DNA from: an uncultured delta proteobacterium
GTDB taxonomy: Bacteria; Desulfobacterota; Binatia; UBA9968
Assembly: GCA_963728565.1 (NCBI GenBank)
Contig: CAVSLC010000023.1
Span: 96,001 to 160,000 of the forward strand
DNA: 64,000 nucleotides
Reading direction: 5' to 3'
The notes below the pieces were generated by a model. The model was not told the DNA's origin, did not search any database, and saw nothing but the letters and a program-made list of their open reading frames with translations. The first letter of the stretch is position 1. Every line of letters begins with the position of its first letter. A program made the position numbers and the translations under genes. Shown piece after piece: positions 9,681 through 19,405 of the stretch.

Positions 9681-10715
9681 TTATTTCAAGCTCGCCCCCT
9701 GGGTGGCGAAGGTGCGTTCGATGAAGCCGCTTTCGTCGAGTCTCCGGGCGATGCGGCCGTCGATAACATCCTCCACTTTGAGATCGCCCACCTTGGGGGT
9801 GCGTGTTTTCAGAAGTCGCTGCACGTTGCGCAGCCCTTCCACAGAAGGGATCGGCTTGCGATCGACGCCGCGGGTTAGATCGAGATATCCATCTTCCGCG
9901 CCCGCGGCGTCGGTCCTCAGGTGACGCATCAATGATTTCGTAACCGCCGGTTTGTTCTTCGGCGCGAGGGAATAGGCCAACGCTTCGATTTCAGCTTTCA
10001 AGTAATTCTCCGCGAGATCGCTTTTTTGCTTGAGCAGAGCGCCAGGGACGACCATCGATTGGCCGGCGAGAAGCTTGGTCATCTCGGTGTATTCGTGCAG
10101 GATCGTCATGCCTTTTTGCTGGAGTTTGCGGCTGAAGGCGCCATCGAGAACCGCCGCGTCGCAGAGACCATTCTCGACCGCTTGCGCCTGGATGCCCTGA
10201 TCTCCGACCACCTGCATTTGAATCTGATCGCGCTGTTGATCCAGGCCGAGGTGTTCAAGCCACAGGAGAATGCCCATCCATGTGGTGCCGCCGATGCTGG
10301 TCACCGCGAAACGTTTGCCGCGCAAGTCTTCAGCTCTTTTGATGTTGGGCCGAACGACCAGATCATAGGTGTTGCGGCTGGAGAAGCTGGCGACGAATTT
10401 AAAATCGTGTCCCGCCGCGACCGCGGCCAGCATGGCGCTGCCGCCGGTGCGGCCGATGTGTATGTCGCCCGAGGCCAGGCCGGCTACCAGGGTCGGCGCG
10501 CCGCGGATCAGAATCGGTTGCGCATCGATGCCGTACTTGGCAAAGATTCCCTGCTCGTGAGCAATCCAGAGCGGCATCAGGCGCGCCGTGACGGTCGCGT
10601 AGCCGATGACGGTTTTCACCGGCGCGCCCGCGCTGTGCGCCGGAAGATGCCACGACAGTGGCGCGGCGAGAAAACAAAGTACAATCACAGAGAGTCTGAT
10701 GGATCGACAATTCAT
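9681..10715 (-). CDS. ABC transporter substrate-binding protein (NMT1/SsuA family)
   Basis: Signal peptide, GIFAKYGID, IKRAEDLRGKRFAV. Start moved to ATG 10715 behind an aaagga RBS. Confidence 0.88.
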   Translation of the reverse strand: MNCRSIRLSVIVLCFLAAPLSWHLPAHSAGAPVKTVIGYATVTARLMPLWIAHEQGIFAKYGIDAQPILIRGAPTLVAGLASGDIHIGRTGGSAMLAAVAAGHDFKFVASFSSRNTYDLVVRPNIKRAEDLRGKRFAVTSIGGTTWMGILLWLEHLGLDQQRDQIQMQVVGDQGIQAQAVENGLCDAAVLDGAFSRKLQQKGMTILHEYTEMTKLLAGQSMVVPGALLKQKSDLAENYLKAEIEALAYSLAPKNKPAVTKSLMRHLRTDAAGAEDGYLDLTRGVDRKPIPSVEGLRNVQRLLKTRTPKVGDLKVEDVIDGRIARRLDESGFIERTFATQGASLK

Positions 10716-10962
10716 TTCTGTTGTTCCTTTCAAAAGATCGCGAAACTTTAACCCCTTGGAAACTTTATCCTTGATGTTACTCAAATGGTAACGGGCCCTA
10801 TGCGGTGATTCGATGATTTGCGGCGTTGGCGGCTATAAAAATGATTCACTCGCGCCACGAGCTTGCAGATTCCATTTGTATTATCTCTCGTGTTGGCAAT
10901 GAATCACAGGAAGAGAGGCTGTAGGCAACTTCGATTACCGTTCAAATGCCGTGCTAGCCGTA

Positions 10963-11802
10963 TCAAGTTTTGAACTGTTCTAGCCAGCGCGTGATAATTT
11001 CGATCACCTCAGGTTCGTGTTCGTCGTAGAAGTGATTCGATCCTGGAACGATTTTGTAAGTACCGGTTGAGCCGCTCGCCTCGGCAAGCTCTTTGGCGTA
11101 TTCCGGGAAAAACGGATGTTCCGCACCACCCGCGATAGCGAGATGAGGACAGCCTAAACGGCCGGCATGAGGCCGAACGTCGTTGTTTTCGTGTTTGCCG
11201 TACTTGTTGACGTAAGTGCGCGCGCAAAACATTCCCATCGCTCCGCTCGCCGGTGCCCAAAGAATTTCTTCTCCTTTGCCTTGGGCCACCATTGCTTCCG
11301 CTTGGGCCATCAACTGCTTGAATTCGGGCTGCTCCATTGCTCGCGCTGAATAAAATTGTTTAGGGCAAGAGCAAGAGATGATGCCCACAACATCACGCCG
11401 GCGGCGGCTGCCCTGATACATGAGCGATTTGATACAACCCAAGCTGTGGCCAATTAGGATGAAGCGCTTGTAGCCCTGCCGAGTTAGGCACTCCAACGCG
11501 CCATCGAGATCGAGCGCGCTGTCTTCGAAAGTTTCATAGGCGGCACCGCCGAAGGCGGTCAAATTTCCGGCGCGGTTTATCCAATCGTGTCCGCGGGTGT
11601 TGATGACAAAGCCGTGATAGCCGCGTTCGGCGATAGCTTGCCCGAAAACAGCAAGAGGCGGCAGATAGAAATTCATCGCTACCCCATGCACGAAGAGCAA
11701 TGCGAGATTGGACAACTTATCCGCCGGTGTGAAGAGGAGACCGTGCAGAGTTTCGTCGTCCGTGGTTGTAAAACTCAATAGCTGGGTGTGGATTGTCGTC
11801 AT
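10963..11802 (-). CDS. Alpha/beta fold hydrolase
   Basis: LFVHG, nucleophile elbow IGHSLG, C-terminal GSNHFY. Confidence 0.85.
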   Translation of the reverse strand: MTTIHTQLLSFTTTDDETLHGLLFTPADKLSNLALLFVHGVAMNFYLPPLAVFGQAIAERGYHGFVINTRGHDWINRAGNLTAFGGAAYETFEDSALDLDGALECLTRQGYKRFILIGHSLGCIKSLMYQGSRRRRDVVGIISCSCPKQFYSARAMEQPEFKQLMAQAEAMVAQGKGEEILWAPASGAMGMFCARTYVNKYGKHENNDVRPHAGRLGCPHLAIAGGAEHPFFPEYAKELAEASGSTGTYKIVPGSNHFYDEHEPEVIEIITRWLEQFKT

Positions 11803-12860
11803 TGCGGTGTTTCCCTGCCACTCACATCCGAAAGTAAGACTTTTTTGAGTTTGGCGACTATCGGAGCATCGAGATCATAGAAACCGGCGAGCGTCTTGGC
11901 GGTTGCAGCACCGTCGATGGGAGCAATGTCGAGTTTCGCTTTCTTCGCATCTGCAAGAAACTCCGGGTCCTTCAAGGTGTCGAGAAATGCTTTTTGTAGA
12001 ACCCCTAGCCGGTCTTTCGGTGTCCCGGGCGGCACGGAGTAGCTGCGAAAGCTGGTGCCGTAAGCATGATCGAGGACTTCCAGCAGCTGCCGCGCTTCCT
12101 TGGTCTTTGCATAATCGATGGCGACAGGAACATCCTTCAGTTCGGGATGAGCCTTGAGGGCTGTTTGCAGGACTACTTTTACCTGGCCGGTCTCAAAGCC
12201 CTGAGCCCAAGTCGGTTTCATAGACTCCCAAGCCCAGCACCCGCCGGAGACTTCGCCGGATTCGGCTGCAAGCCGGATCGGGCCCGTGCATTTGTAACCG
12301 TCGATTACCCGAAGTGGTAAGCCAAGAGCGTCGCGCAAAATGCGGGCTGTATCGGAAGTCACCCCGCCTGGTCCATGCCCGCCCATCTTCACCGGTTCCT
12401 TGGCCGTTAGCCAGCCATCGAGAGTCGATATGCCGCTGGCTTTGGTTAGAGCGCAAACGCCGTGATCGGCGATAGGTACGCCTAGCCAACCGAATTTGCG
12501 TCCGTCGAATTTTGCCGCTTCATTGCCTAGCACATGCTGTAAGATCAACGTGCCGACAAAATGACCGATGGTTAGCCCATCGGGCTTGGCTTGATTGTAA
12601 ATATAATTTGCTGCGATCATGCCGACCGCGCCAGTCATATTCTCCACGATAGTGTTGGGATTTCCTGGGACATGTTTGCCAAAGTGGCGCGCAATTGTGC
12701 GGGTATAGACGTCGAAGCCGCCGCCGGGCTCGTATGCGACAATAAAGCGAAGAGTTTTCCCTCTGTAGAACGATTCTTGCGCGTGGAGTGGCGAGCGAAC
12801 CAGGAACAGGGCCAACAGAACCAAGTTGGATAGCCATGCAATTAATTTGATATGCCTCAT
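11799..12860 (-). CDS. TctC/Bug family substrate-binding protein
   Basis: YEPGGGFDVYTR, KPDGLTIG, LAAESGEVSGGCWAW. Start at ATG 12860 behind a ggaggagg RBS. Paralog of 8615-9646. Confidence 0.9.
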   Translation of the reverse strand: MRHIKLIAWLSNLVLLALFLVRSPLHAQESFYRGKTLRFIVAYEPGGGFDVYTRTIARHFGKHVPGNPNTIVENMTGAVGMIAANYIYNQAKPDGLTIGHFVGTLILQHVLGNEAAKFDGRKFGWLGVPIADHGVCALTKASGISTLDGWLTAKEPVKMGGHGPGGVTSDTARILRDALGLPLRVIDGYKCTGPIRLAAESGEVSGGCWAWESMKPTWAQGFETGQVKVVLQTALKAHPELKDVPVAIDYAKTKEARQLLEVLDHAYGTSFRSYSVPPGTPKDRLGVLQKAFLDTLKDPEFLADAKKAKLDIAPIDGAATAKTLAGFYDLDAPIVAKLKKVLLSDVSGRETPQ

Positions 12861-12918
12861 AAGCGGCCTCCTCCAGTTGAAAAGATAAAAAGCGAAATTC
12901 GATACGTCCTTCCTTATC

Positions 12919-13045
12919 TCACTCGTGATCGGCATAGAGTTTTTCGAAGAAGCCGCTGCCGTCCACCTTCTGCACGATACTTGAAACGACGCAGATCCTC
13001 CGTCTTGGCGTCGCCGACTCTCCGGTTTGCGCTTTCACCGGCCAT
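12919..13045 (-). pseudogene. Relic C-terminal tail of an NMT1-type substrate-binding protein gene
   Basis: With one frameshift it reads NRRVGDAKTEDL/VVSSIVQKVDGSGFFEKLYADHE*, resembling the tail of 9681-10715 (PKVGDLKVEDVIDGRIARRLDESGFIERTF). Confidence 0.5.
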
Positions 13046-13399
13046 TGCAGTTGTTTTAACTCACCCTGGTACCTTGAGATATACCAGATATACAATGGTC
13101 TGCGGTATTCCTCTATACATGCCGGGTCAGAGCGTTTAAGCTCTTCGGCAGCGGCTGGAGCGGTGACTTTGCAATGCTTGATGGTAGTATCTGAAGGTCA
13201 ATGCTTGACGCTCGTCAGAAACCATGCGCCTTGCGCCTTAGCTGATCGTACTTTCGGCATATGCACTCCCTCGCCAGCAGTGGTTTTGGCGGCGCGAGTT
13301 CGCCCAATTTATACCCTGTAATTCCCTGCTTCGAGCAAACGAAAACTCTGCTTTGATAGCTGGTTCAAAGTCCTCAAAAATATTTCCAACGATGTTTGG

Positions 13400-13873
13400 G
13401 GCGAGCGAATTGCGGTTCAGCAGTACGGCTTTACGAATTCGAGTTGACTTCAGCCAAGAACCACGCGGTGCTAGGGTGTCGAGAATTTCGATTGATCGAC
13501 GGAAGTTATCTGACGATTTCGCGCCGCTTGCCAAGCCATCGAGAAGATAACGCAGGGTTATGCCGAGGTTGTGCTTTTTACCAACGGCGCTCAGGTTGAT
13601 CATCTGTTTCGAGTGGCGGCGGAAAGCAACAATGCCGATTCACTACGTGAGGGCTTGCGGCGGGCCGTCGTGGGTTCCGTTGGGCCAATCTGCACGGAAG
13701 TGCTCGACCGGTTCGGCATTGATCCTGACATAGAGCCGGCTCATCCGAAGATGGGGTCGCTCTTAGCCGAAGTTGCCGCATCAGCGCAACCGCTGTTACA
13801 GGCCAAACGTCGGGCCTGGTTTAATTTACTCTTACCTGCCTGCTCTCGATTGCTCCGAGCAGCTCCCGCTTGA
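13400..13873 (+). pseudogene. hemD: Degraded uroporphyrinogen-III synthase (HemD-family) gene, C-terminal half
   Basis: Fragments in different frames: GERIAVQQYG, RGARVSRISIDRRKLSDDFAPL and QAIEKITQGYAEVVLFTNGAQVDHLF...VGSVGPIC...PDIEPAHPKMGSL. No recognisable N-terminal half. Confidence 0.65.
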
Positions 13874-14104
13874 TAAAAAGCACCGAAAGACTTCTTCCCC
13901 GAATAATATAGCTGACAAGACCAGATTAAGAACTTGGCTCCGAGGTCATTTGTAAATGGGTCGGTAATTTTCACCAGGTAAGTCACGCGCCCGGAGGAGT
14001 CCTGCGATTCGCTCAAGACGCGTATGGCTTGTGGCAAGATTCGGCGCGGCGGGATAGGGTAATAATCAGAATCGGTAGGGCTTGCCTCTTTTAAGAGAAC
14101 ACGG

Positions 14105-14929
14105 ATGAAAAATGAAATGACCGAGGCAGTTGCGGATAATGCATGGACACGTTCCAACTTCCGGAGGTTGCGCTTTGATCTTTTTGTTCAGCGTCTCGTT
14201 CTCGTTGCATCGTTGGTCGGCATCTGGTGGCTGTTTTCCTTATCGGTGCCGCATTACATTTTGCCCGGACCGGCGCGAGTATGGCAGGCGCTCACACTTA
14301 TCGCCGCCAACGGCGATCTGTGGAGCAATCTCGGTATTACGCTCTGGCGGGTCACCGTGGGATTTGTCATTGCGGCGCTTGTAAGTTTGCCCCTTGGGAT
14401 CTTCCTGGGAGCGAACAAACGGGCGGGCGAATTCTTTGAGCCGGTAATCCCGGTGATGAACACGGTGTCGTCTGCGATCTGGGCCATCTTCGCCATCATC
14501 TGGTTCGGCATCTCCAACGCCACGACTATTTTCGTAGTGTTCATGACTGCGATGCCATTGATCATTACCAACGTTTGGCAGGGTACGCGCACGGTCAACG
14601 CGGAGTTCATCGAGTTGGCCCAGGTGCTGCGCATGCCGAAATGGAAAGTGATGACCAAAATCTATCTGCCGACCATACTTCCTTACTTTTTCTCCGGCGC
14701 GCGCCTAGCGTTTGGCTTCGGCTGGCGCGTCTCTCTGGTCGCCGAGACCATAGGCGCTTCGAGCGGAGTCGGCTATCGTCTGCGCCAGGCGGCGGATTTG
14801 ATCCAGACCGACCAGGTATTTGCCTGGACTTTAACTCTGGTTGTTATGATGGCCACCTTGGAAATGGGACTGCTAAAGCCGCTGGAGAATCACCTGTTTC
14901 GCTGGAAGAAAGAAGCGGAAGGGCAATGA
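14105..14929 (+). CDS. ABC transporter permease (SsuC/TauC-like)
   Basis: ILPGP, six TM segments, KIYLPTILPYFFSGAR, LVAETIG. Confidence 0.92.
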   Translation: MKNEMTEAVADNAWTRSNFRRLRFDLFVQRLVLVASLVGIWWLFSLSVPHYILPGPARVWQALTLIAANGDLWSNLGITLWRVTVGFVIAALVSLPLGIFLGANKRAGEFFEPVIPVMNTVSSAIWAIFAIIWFGISNATTIFVVFMTAMPLIITNVWQGTRTVNAEFIELAQVLRMPKWKVMTKIYLPTILPYFFSGARLAFGFGWRVSLVAETIGASSGVGYRLRQAADLIQTDQVFAWTLTLVVMMATLEMGLLKPLENHLFRWKKEAEGQ

Positions 14930-15001
14930 AAAACGGAAATTGTCTTTTCAGGAGACGCATTCTACTCTCGCAACCGTGACGATCAGCGCTTATTGAAACC
15001 A

Positions 15002-15796
15002 ATGGATAGTCCGAGTTTAGCGCAGCAAGCGTGCATTGAACCGGGGCAGCCCGCAGCCGCCATCCGCCTGAGCGGCATCAGCAAAAGTTTTGCTGCCGGC
15101 GATAGCCGGCTTGAAGTGCTGAAGGATGTCAATCTTGCAGTGGCCGATCAGGCCATCGTCGGATTGCTCGGCGCATCGGGCTCAGGCAAGAGCACGTTGC
15201 TCAACATCATCTCCGGCATTGTTAAACCGGACCATGGCCAGGTATGCATCTGCGGCGCGCCCAGCGCGGAATTCAACGACTGGCGCACGATCAGTTATAT
15301 GTTTCAAGACGATCGATTGTTGCCATGGCGCAATGCGCTGCGCAATGTTGAATTCGCTTTGGAAGCGGGAGCGATGCCGAAAAGTGAAAGGATTCGGCGC
15401 GCCAGCCAAGCCTTGGAACTGGTCGATTTGAATGGTTTTGAAGCATCGTTTCCTTATCAGCTCTCCGGCGGCATGCGCAGTCGTGTCGCTCTGGCGCGTA
15501 GCCTGGTCACCGAGCCACGCATTCTTTTGATGGATGAACCGTTTTCTCGGCTCGACGCGCAAACCCGAGGGCTGATGCATGAGGAACTGCTGCGCATACA
15601 TGAGATCAAACGCATGACGGTGGTATTCGTAACGCACGACGTCGAGGAATCGGTAATTCTCGCCGATGAAGTAGCCGTGATGTCGCCGCGGCCCGGCACG
15701 ATCCGAGAGATCGTACCGATAACCTTAGCGCGTCCGCGCGACACGACCCAGCCGGAAGTCGCAAACTATATTCAGAAACTGAGAGGACTTATCTAA
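15002..15796 (+). CDS. ABC transporter ATP-binding protein (SsuB/TauB-like)
   Basis: Walker A GASGSGKST, LSGGM, LLMDEPF, FVTHD; exact start uncertain. Confidence 0.93.
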   Translation: MDSPSLAQQACIEPGQPAAAIRLSGISKSFAAGDSRLEVLKDVNLAVADQAIVGLLGASGSGKSTLLNIISGIVKPDHGQVCICGAPSAEFNDWRTISYMFQDDRLLPWRNALRNVEFALEAGAMPKSERIRRASQALELVDLNGFEASFPYQLSGGMRSRVALARSLVTEPRILLMDEPFSRLDAQTRGLMHEELLRIHEIKRMTVVFVTHDVEESVILADEVAVMSPRPGTIREIVPITLARPRDTTQPEVANYIQKLRGLI

Positions 15797-15835
15797 AAAC
15801 GATCGTCGCGAGGTGTTTCTCTGTGCAAGGAAATT

Positions 15836-15960
15836 GTTCAACCGTTCAACCGGCCGCACCGCCTATTCAAACGTTCAACGTCAGAGTTCCGCAAACGTTG
15901 AATAGCGAGCAGCGCGAGGCTGGAACTGTTGAATAGCGACCGGAAGGGAACGGTTGGAAC
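15836..15960. repeat. Intergenic nested inverted/direct repeat element (REP/MITE-like)
   Basis: GTTCAACCGTTC (15836) pairs with GAACGGTTGGAAC (15948); CTATTCAAACGT pairs with ACGTTGAATAG; direct repeat GTTGAATAGCGA at 15897 and 15928. Confidence 0.55.
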
Positions 15961-15987
15961 GCGCTCCCCAGAAAAACGGAGGTAAAC

Positions 15988-16987
15988 GTGAGAGTCGGGA
16001 AAATAATTAGGCGCGCATTGCTGCTCTGGACTTGTCCTCGCGGCCGTGGCTTTCATGCCATGCCAACTGTTCGCTCAAAAAATTAAAGTTGGTTATTGGA
16101 CCAGCGGATTCAGCCTGGGATTCGGCGCAGTTTTGGAGCAAATGAAATTGGCCGAGAAAGAGGGCCTCGATGTTGAATGGGTGAAGTTTGCCGAAGTTAA
16201 CGGACCCACTCGCGCGATCGTTTCCAATGCCATCGACCTTGCCTTTGCCGCGCCGTCGACCAATTCCATCGGCATCGCCGCTGACGGCGTGCCGGTGAAG
16301 ATCGTATTGGCGACGCAGATCGCCGAGGCGCAGGTGGTTGTGCTTGAAGGCGCGCCGATTGAAACGGCTGCCGATCTTAAGGGAAAGAAAATCGGTATGT
16401 CGCCGCCCGGCAGCGCAACCCACGCCATCAGCACCGCGATTCTCGATCAGAACTACGGCATCAAACCGAAGGAATACAGCGTCGCGCCGGGGAACGAAGC
16501 GCGGCTGGCGCAGTTCTTGACGCAGAAGGAAATCGATGCGGCAATCATCCGCTCGGTGACGATTGCACAGATGGAGGAAACCAAGTTGCGCCGCCTCGCG
16601 AGTATCGTCGATGAATGGAAAAAGCTCACCAAGAGCAGCGCCGCGCCAATTCTTGGCGTCACGATCGTGTACAGCGATTACCTGGCGAAGAATCCCGAGG
16701 CGGTAGCGAAGTTTATCGTGGCGATGAGGAAAACCGTCGAATATGGATCCAAAAACAAGTCCCGCGTTGCCGAGATACTTCAGAAAGCCGCCAACATGGA
16801 TAGCAAAGACGCCACTGCCTATGCCAGCCAGTGGGACGGCGCGTACATGGCCTCTTTCGAGCCGCAAGATATCACATCGCTGAAACGCATGCATGAGATT
16901 GTCAAGGCGCATGGCGGCGCGCAAAAAGATCCGCCTGAGAGCGCCTTTGATGCAAAGCCATACATGCGGTCTAAGCAACTTAAGTAA
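15988..16987 (+). CDS. ABC transporter substrate-binding protein (SsuA/TauA-like); probable frameshift in the signal peptide near 16027
   Basis: ggagg RBS and GTG at 15988 give MRVGKIIRRALLL, which joins GLVLAAVAF... of ORF 16046-16987 after removing one base; DLKGKKIG motif. Confidence 0.85.
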
Positions 16988-17023
16988 GTAGATAGCATTG
17001 GCGAGTAAGTAGAAGCATTGGCG
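16983..17023. repeat. Imperfect 21/20-bp tandem duplication overlapping the stop codon
   Basis: AGTAAGTAGATAGCATTGGCG is followed directly by AGTAAGTAGAAGCATTGGCG. Confidence 0.7.
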
Positions 17024-17255
17024 CAAGGGCGGATCGCCCACCCGCTGATGGACCGGCGGCAGCGAGTTCCATCCGATTGTGAGACACAGATGCTCTAGAC
17101 GGTTCGAGAAGATTTCGATAAGAGGAGTTATTGGCTAGGGGAAATCTATGCATCTGCATGGTAGAGAAGTTGCCTGTTCCAAACACTTACTCTCTCGAGA
17201 AGACTGCTGCTGCAGCCGCGGTAGCGGTTCTGGAGTTCACCGCGAAGGAGATCGT

Positions 17256-18101
17256 ATGCGACTCGATCAAGAAGGCCAAAGCACAAACGTTGAAGATCGC
17301 CGCGGCATGAGAGTGTCCCGGGGGTTGGCCGGAGGCGGGATCGGCACCATCGCTATCGTCCTGATCGGCCTATTCTTCGGCATTGATCCCAGCGTGTTAT
17401 TGCAAGGAAACATCGATAGCGCACCGCCGTCCCAACATGCTCCGCAACAAGGCGCTAGAGATGAAATGGGTCAGTTTGTTTCCAGTGTGCTTGCCAGCAC
17501 CGAACGCACCTGGGGAGAAATCTTCCGCCGGCATGGCCAAGAATATCAGGAGCCCAAGTTGGTGCTTTTTTCCGGCGCCGTCGAGTCTGCTTGCGGGTTT
17601 GCTCAATCAGCTTCCGGACCATTTTATTGCCCGCAGGACAGGAGGGTTTACATCGATCTGGAATTCTTTCGTGAGCTGCGCGACCGTTTCAAAGCGCCCG
17701 GAGATTTCGCGCAGGCCTATGTCATCGCTCACGAGATCGGTCATCATGTGCAAAATCAACTCGGTGTCATGAGAAAGACAGGCGAGTTGCAGAGCCGCTC
17801 GAGCCGTGCCCAAGCGAACGCCATTTCAGTGCGGGTGGAACTTCAAGCCGACTGCCTTGCCGGGATCTGGGCGGGCACGGCCAATCGGGATCGGAAGATT
17901 CTCGAGGAGGGAGACATCGAGGAGGGTCTGAATGCAGCCGCGCAGATCGGTGATGACCGAATTCAAAAACGCAGTCAAGGTTACGTAGTGCCGGAGGGCT
18001 TTACCCACGGCAGCGCGGAGCAACGTGTTCGATGGTTTCGTCGCGGCCTCGAGAGTCGAGATCTCGACCAATGCGATACATTCTCAGCCGGAGCCGTATA
18101 G
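17256..18101 (+). CDS. Neutral zinc metallopeptidase (YpfJ-like)
   Basis: SxNVEDRRG, GPFYCP, YVIAHEIGHHVQ (HExxH), ELQADC, FTHGS. Start at ATG 17256 behind aaggag. Confidence 0.92.
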   Translation: MRLDQEGQSTNVEDRRGMRVSRGLAGGGIGTIAIVLIGLFFGIDPSVLLQGNIDSAPPSQHAPQQGARDEMGQFVSSVLASTERTWGEIFRRHGQEYQEPKLVLFSGAVESACGFAQSASGPFYCPQDRRVYIDLEFFRELRDRFKAPGDFAQAYVIAHEIGHHVQNQLGVMRKTGELQSRSSRAQANAISVRVELQADCLAGIWAGTANRDRKILEEGDIEEGLNAAAQIGDDRIQKRSQGYVVPEGFTHGSAEQRVRWFRRGLESRDLDQCDTFSAGAV

Positions 18102-18294
18102 TGATGCGACGCGAACAATAGTGGAACGGATCAGCGATTGATGTCGATAAAATTTTTTGAGATTCCGGACATCCATTCTGTTAGCCCTAAAAGATTCGCG
18201 CTGATCCATCGTTGTTGCTGCACATCCGATCCGAGGGAGATAACCGTCTAAGCTAGGTCGCTGATCGAACCGTTTCGTGACATTGGCAGCGACT

Positions 18295-19245
18295 TTATTC
18301 AATCGCCACAAATAGCTCTTCCGGCGTTAAATGGCGCTTGGTTAGTCCCTGCTCATAGCTATACAGGGCGAACCTCTCGATATTTTTTCGATTTGCTTCA
18401 AGCCCATTGCGCCAGGGATCGAAGTTGCAAAGCGTCTCTTGCCGCTCCAGCTCGCGCCTGCCCCACATCACCATTGACCAATTAGGATCGGCCCACCGCT
18501 TTAGCGCCTGGCGTCGGGCCTGCTCAAAAATGTCGTAAAGAGCTTTAGGCAGTTCCGGCTCTCGTTGCGCCAGTTGTTTTCGGAATGCCAGCACGTGCAT
18601 GATCGGAAAATAACCCTCCGCCTCCAAGTAGCGCTCCTCCTCCGCCTGCGGGTCACTGAACAAGCGAGCGACATTTGGGTTTCCTTCGCGAAAAACTTTC
18701 GGCAGACGGGAGACAAACATTGCATGGATTTTGCCTTGGACGAACTCGGCTTCGATCTGATCCATGCTGTTCCGGGTTTCGAGTTTAACATCGCCCGGCA
18801 ACTCCAGGTCCAGCACCTCTTTGCCTGGAGTTATCCAGGTTACGGTTGTGCGCGGCACGCCATAAAAATGGCTCAGGTCGCCTTTTGCCCGCACGCCGAG
18901 GGTATTTTGATATCCGCTCAGAGCAATCCTTTTGTCGGCCAGATCCATGGGCGAATCGATGCCGCAGTGAACGTTCTTATACATTTGCGACTGGCTGAAC
19001 AAGCGCCTTGGAAAAATCGGCACGGCATGGACCGGCATTCCTCGGTCGACGGCGATCAGATAGGAAGACAGCGACAGTTCAGCAGCATCGAATTCAAAAT
19101 CTCGCAGGAAGCGCTCGTGGCGCCCCTGCTGCGGGTCGAGCTCGACATATTGCACATCGAATTGCGGGTGCTGAATACAACCTTCCAGCAGGGGCGCGTG
19201 GCGGTCGTAAGAACCCAATGCCAAAGTGATTTTGGTTTTTGCCAT
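18295..19245 (-). CDS. 4,5-dihydroxyphthalate decarboxylase-like protein (periplasmic binding protein II fold, no signal peptide)
   Basis: LALGSYDR, EFDAAELSLSSY, VPIFPRR, FPIMH, DPWRNGLEANR, YSYEQGL. Confidence 0.78.
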   Translation of the reverse strand: MAKTKITLALGSYDRHAPLLEGCIQHPQFDVQYVELDPQQGRHERFLRDFEFDAAELSLSSYLIAVDRGMPVHAVPIFPRRLFSQSQMYKNVHCGIDSPMDLADKRIALSGYQNTLGVRAKGDLSHFYGVPRTTVTWITPGKEVLDLELPGDVKLETRNSMDQIEAEFVQGKIHAMFVSRLPKVFREGNPNVARLFSDPQAEEERYLEAEGYFPIMHVLAFRKQLAQREPELPKALYDIFEQARRQALKRWADPNWSMVMWGRRELERQETLCNFDPWRNGLEANRKNIERFALYSYEQGLTKRHLTPEELFVAIE

Positions 19246-19341
19246 GATCTAAGCGTTACTAGAATTTGAGCCTGGCTGTCAAAGGCGTCTCGGCAAACGA
19301 ACTTATGCGCAGATCCATAGATCATCTGGTTATCGCACTGG

Positions 19342-19370
19342 TTGACCTGACATCGCCTTACAAATAAGAT
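19342..19370 (+). promoter_or_regulatory. Putative sigma70 promoter for the amidohydrolase gene
   Basis: TTGACC-N17-TAAGAT, ending 35 bp upstream of ATG 19406. Confidence 0.5.
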
Positions 19371-19405
19371 CCGCCCTGTGATTCAAAATTCCTAATGAGG
19401 TAAAA

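Noticed and set aside
10026-10751. 241-aa plus-strand ORF and similar antisense ORFs (18565-19269, 19358-19990, 31724-32392, 53498-54136)
   Set aside because: They lie opposite well-supported genes and are expected from codon bias in GC-rich DNA.
12285-12300. GYKCTG in the TctC protein where the paralog has GYKGT
   Set aside because: Single substitution in a sequence with evident errors; not interpretable without reads.
16007-17041. 344-aa minus-strand ORF
   Set aside because: Antisense shadow of the binding-protein gene with no recognisable motifs.
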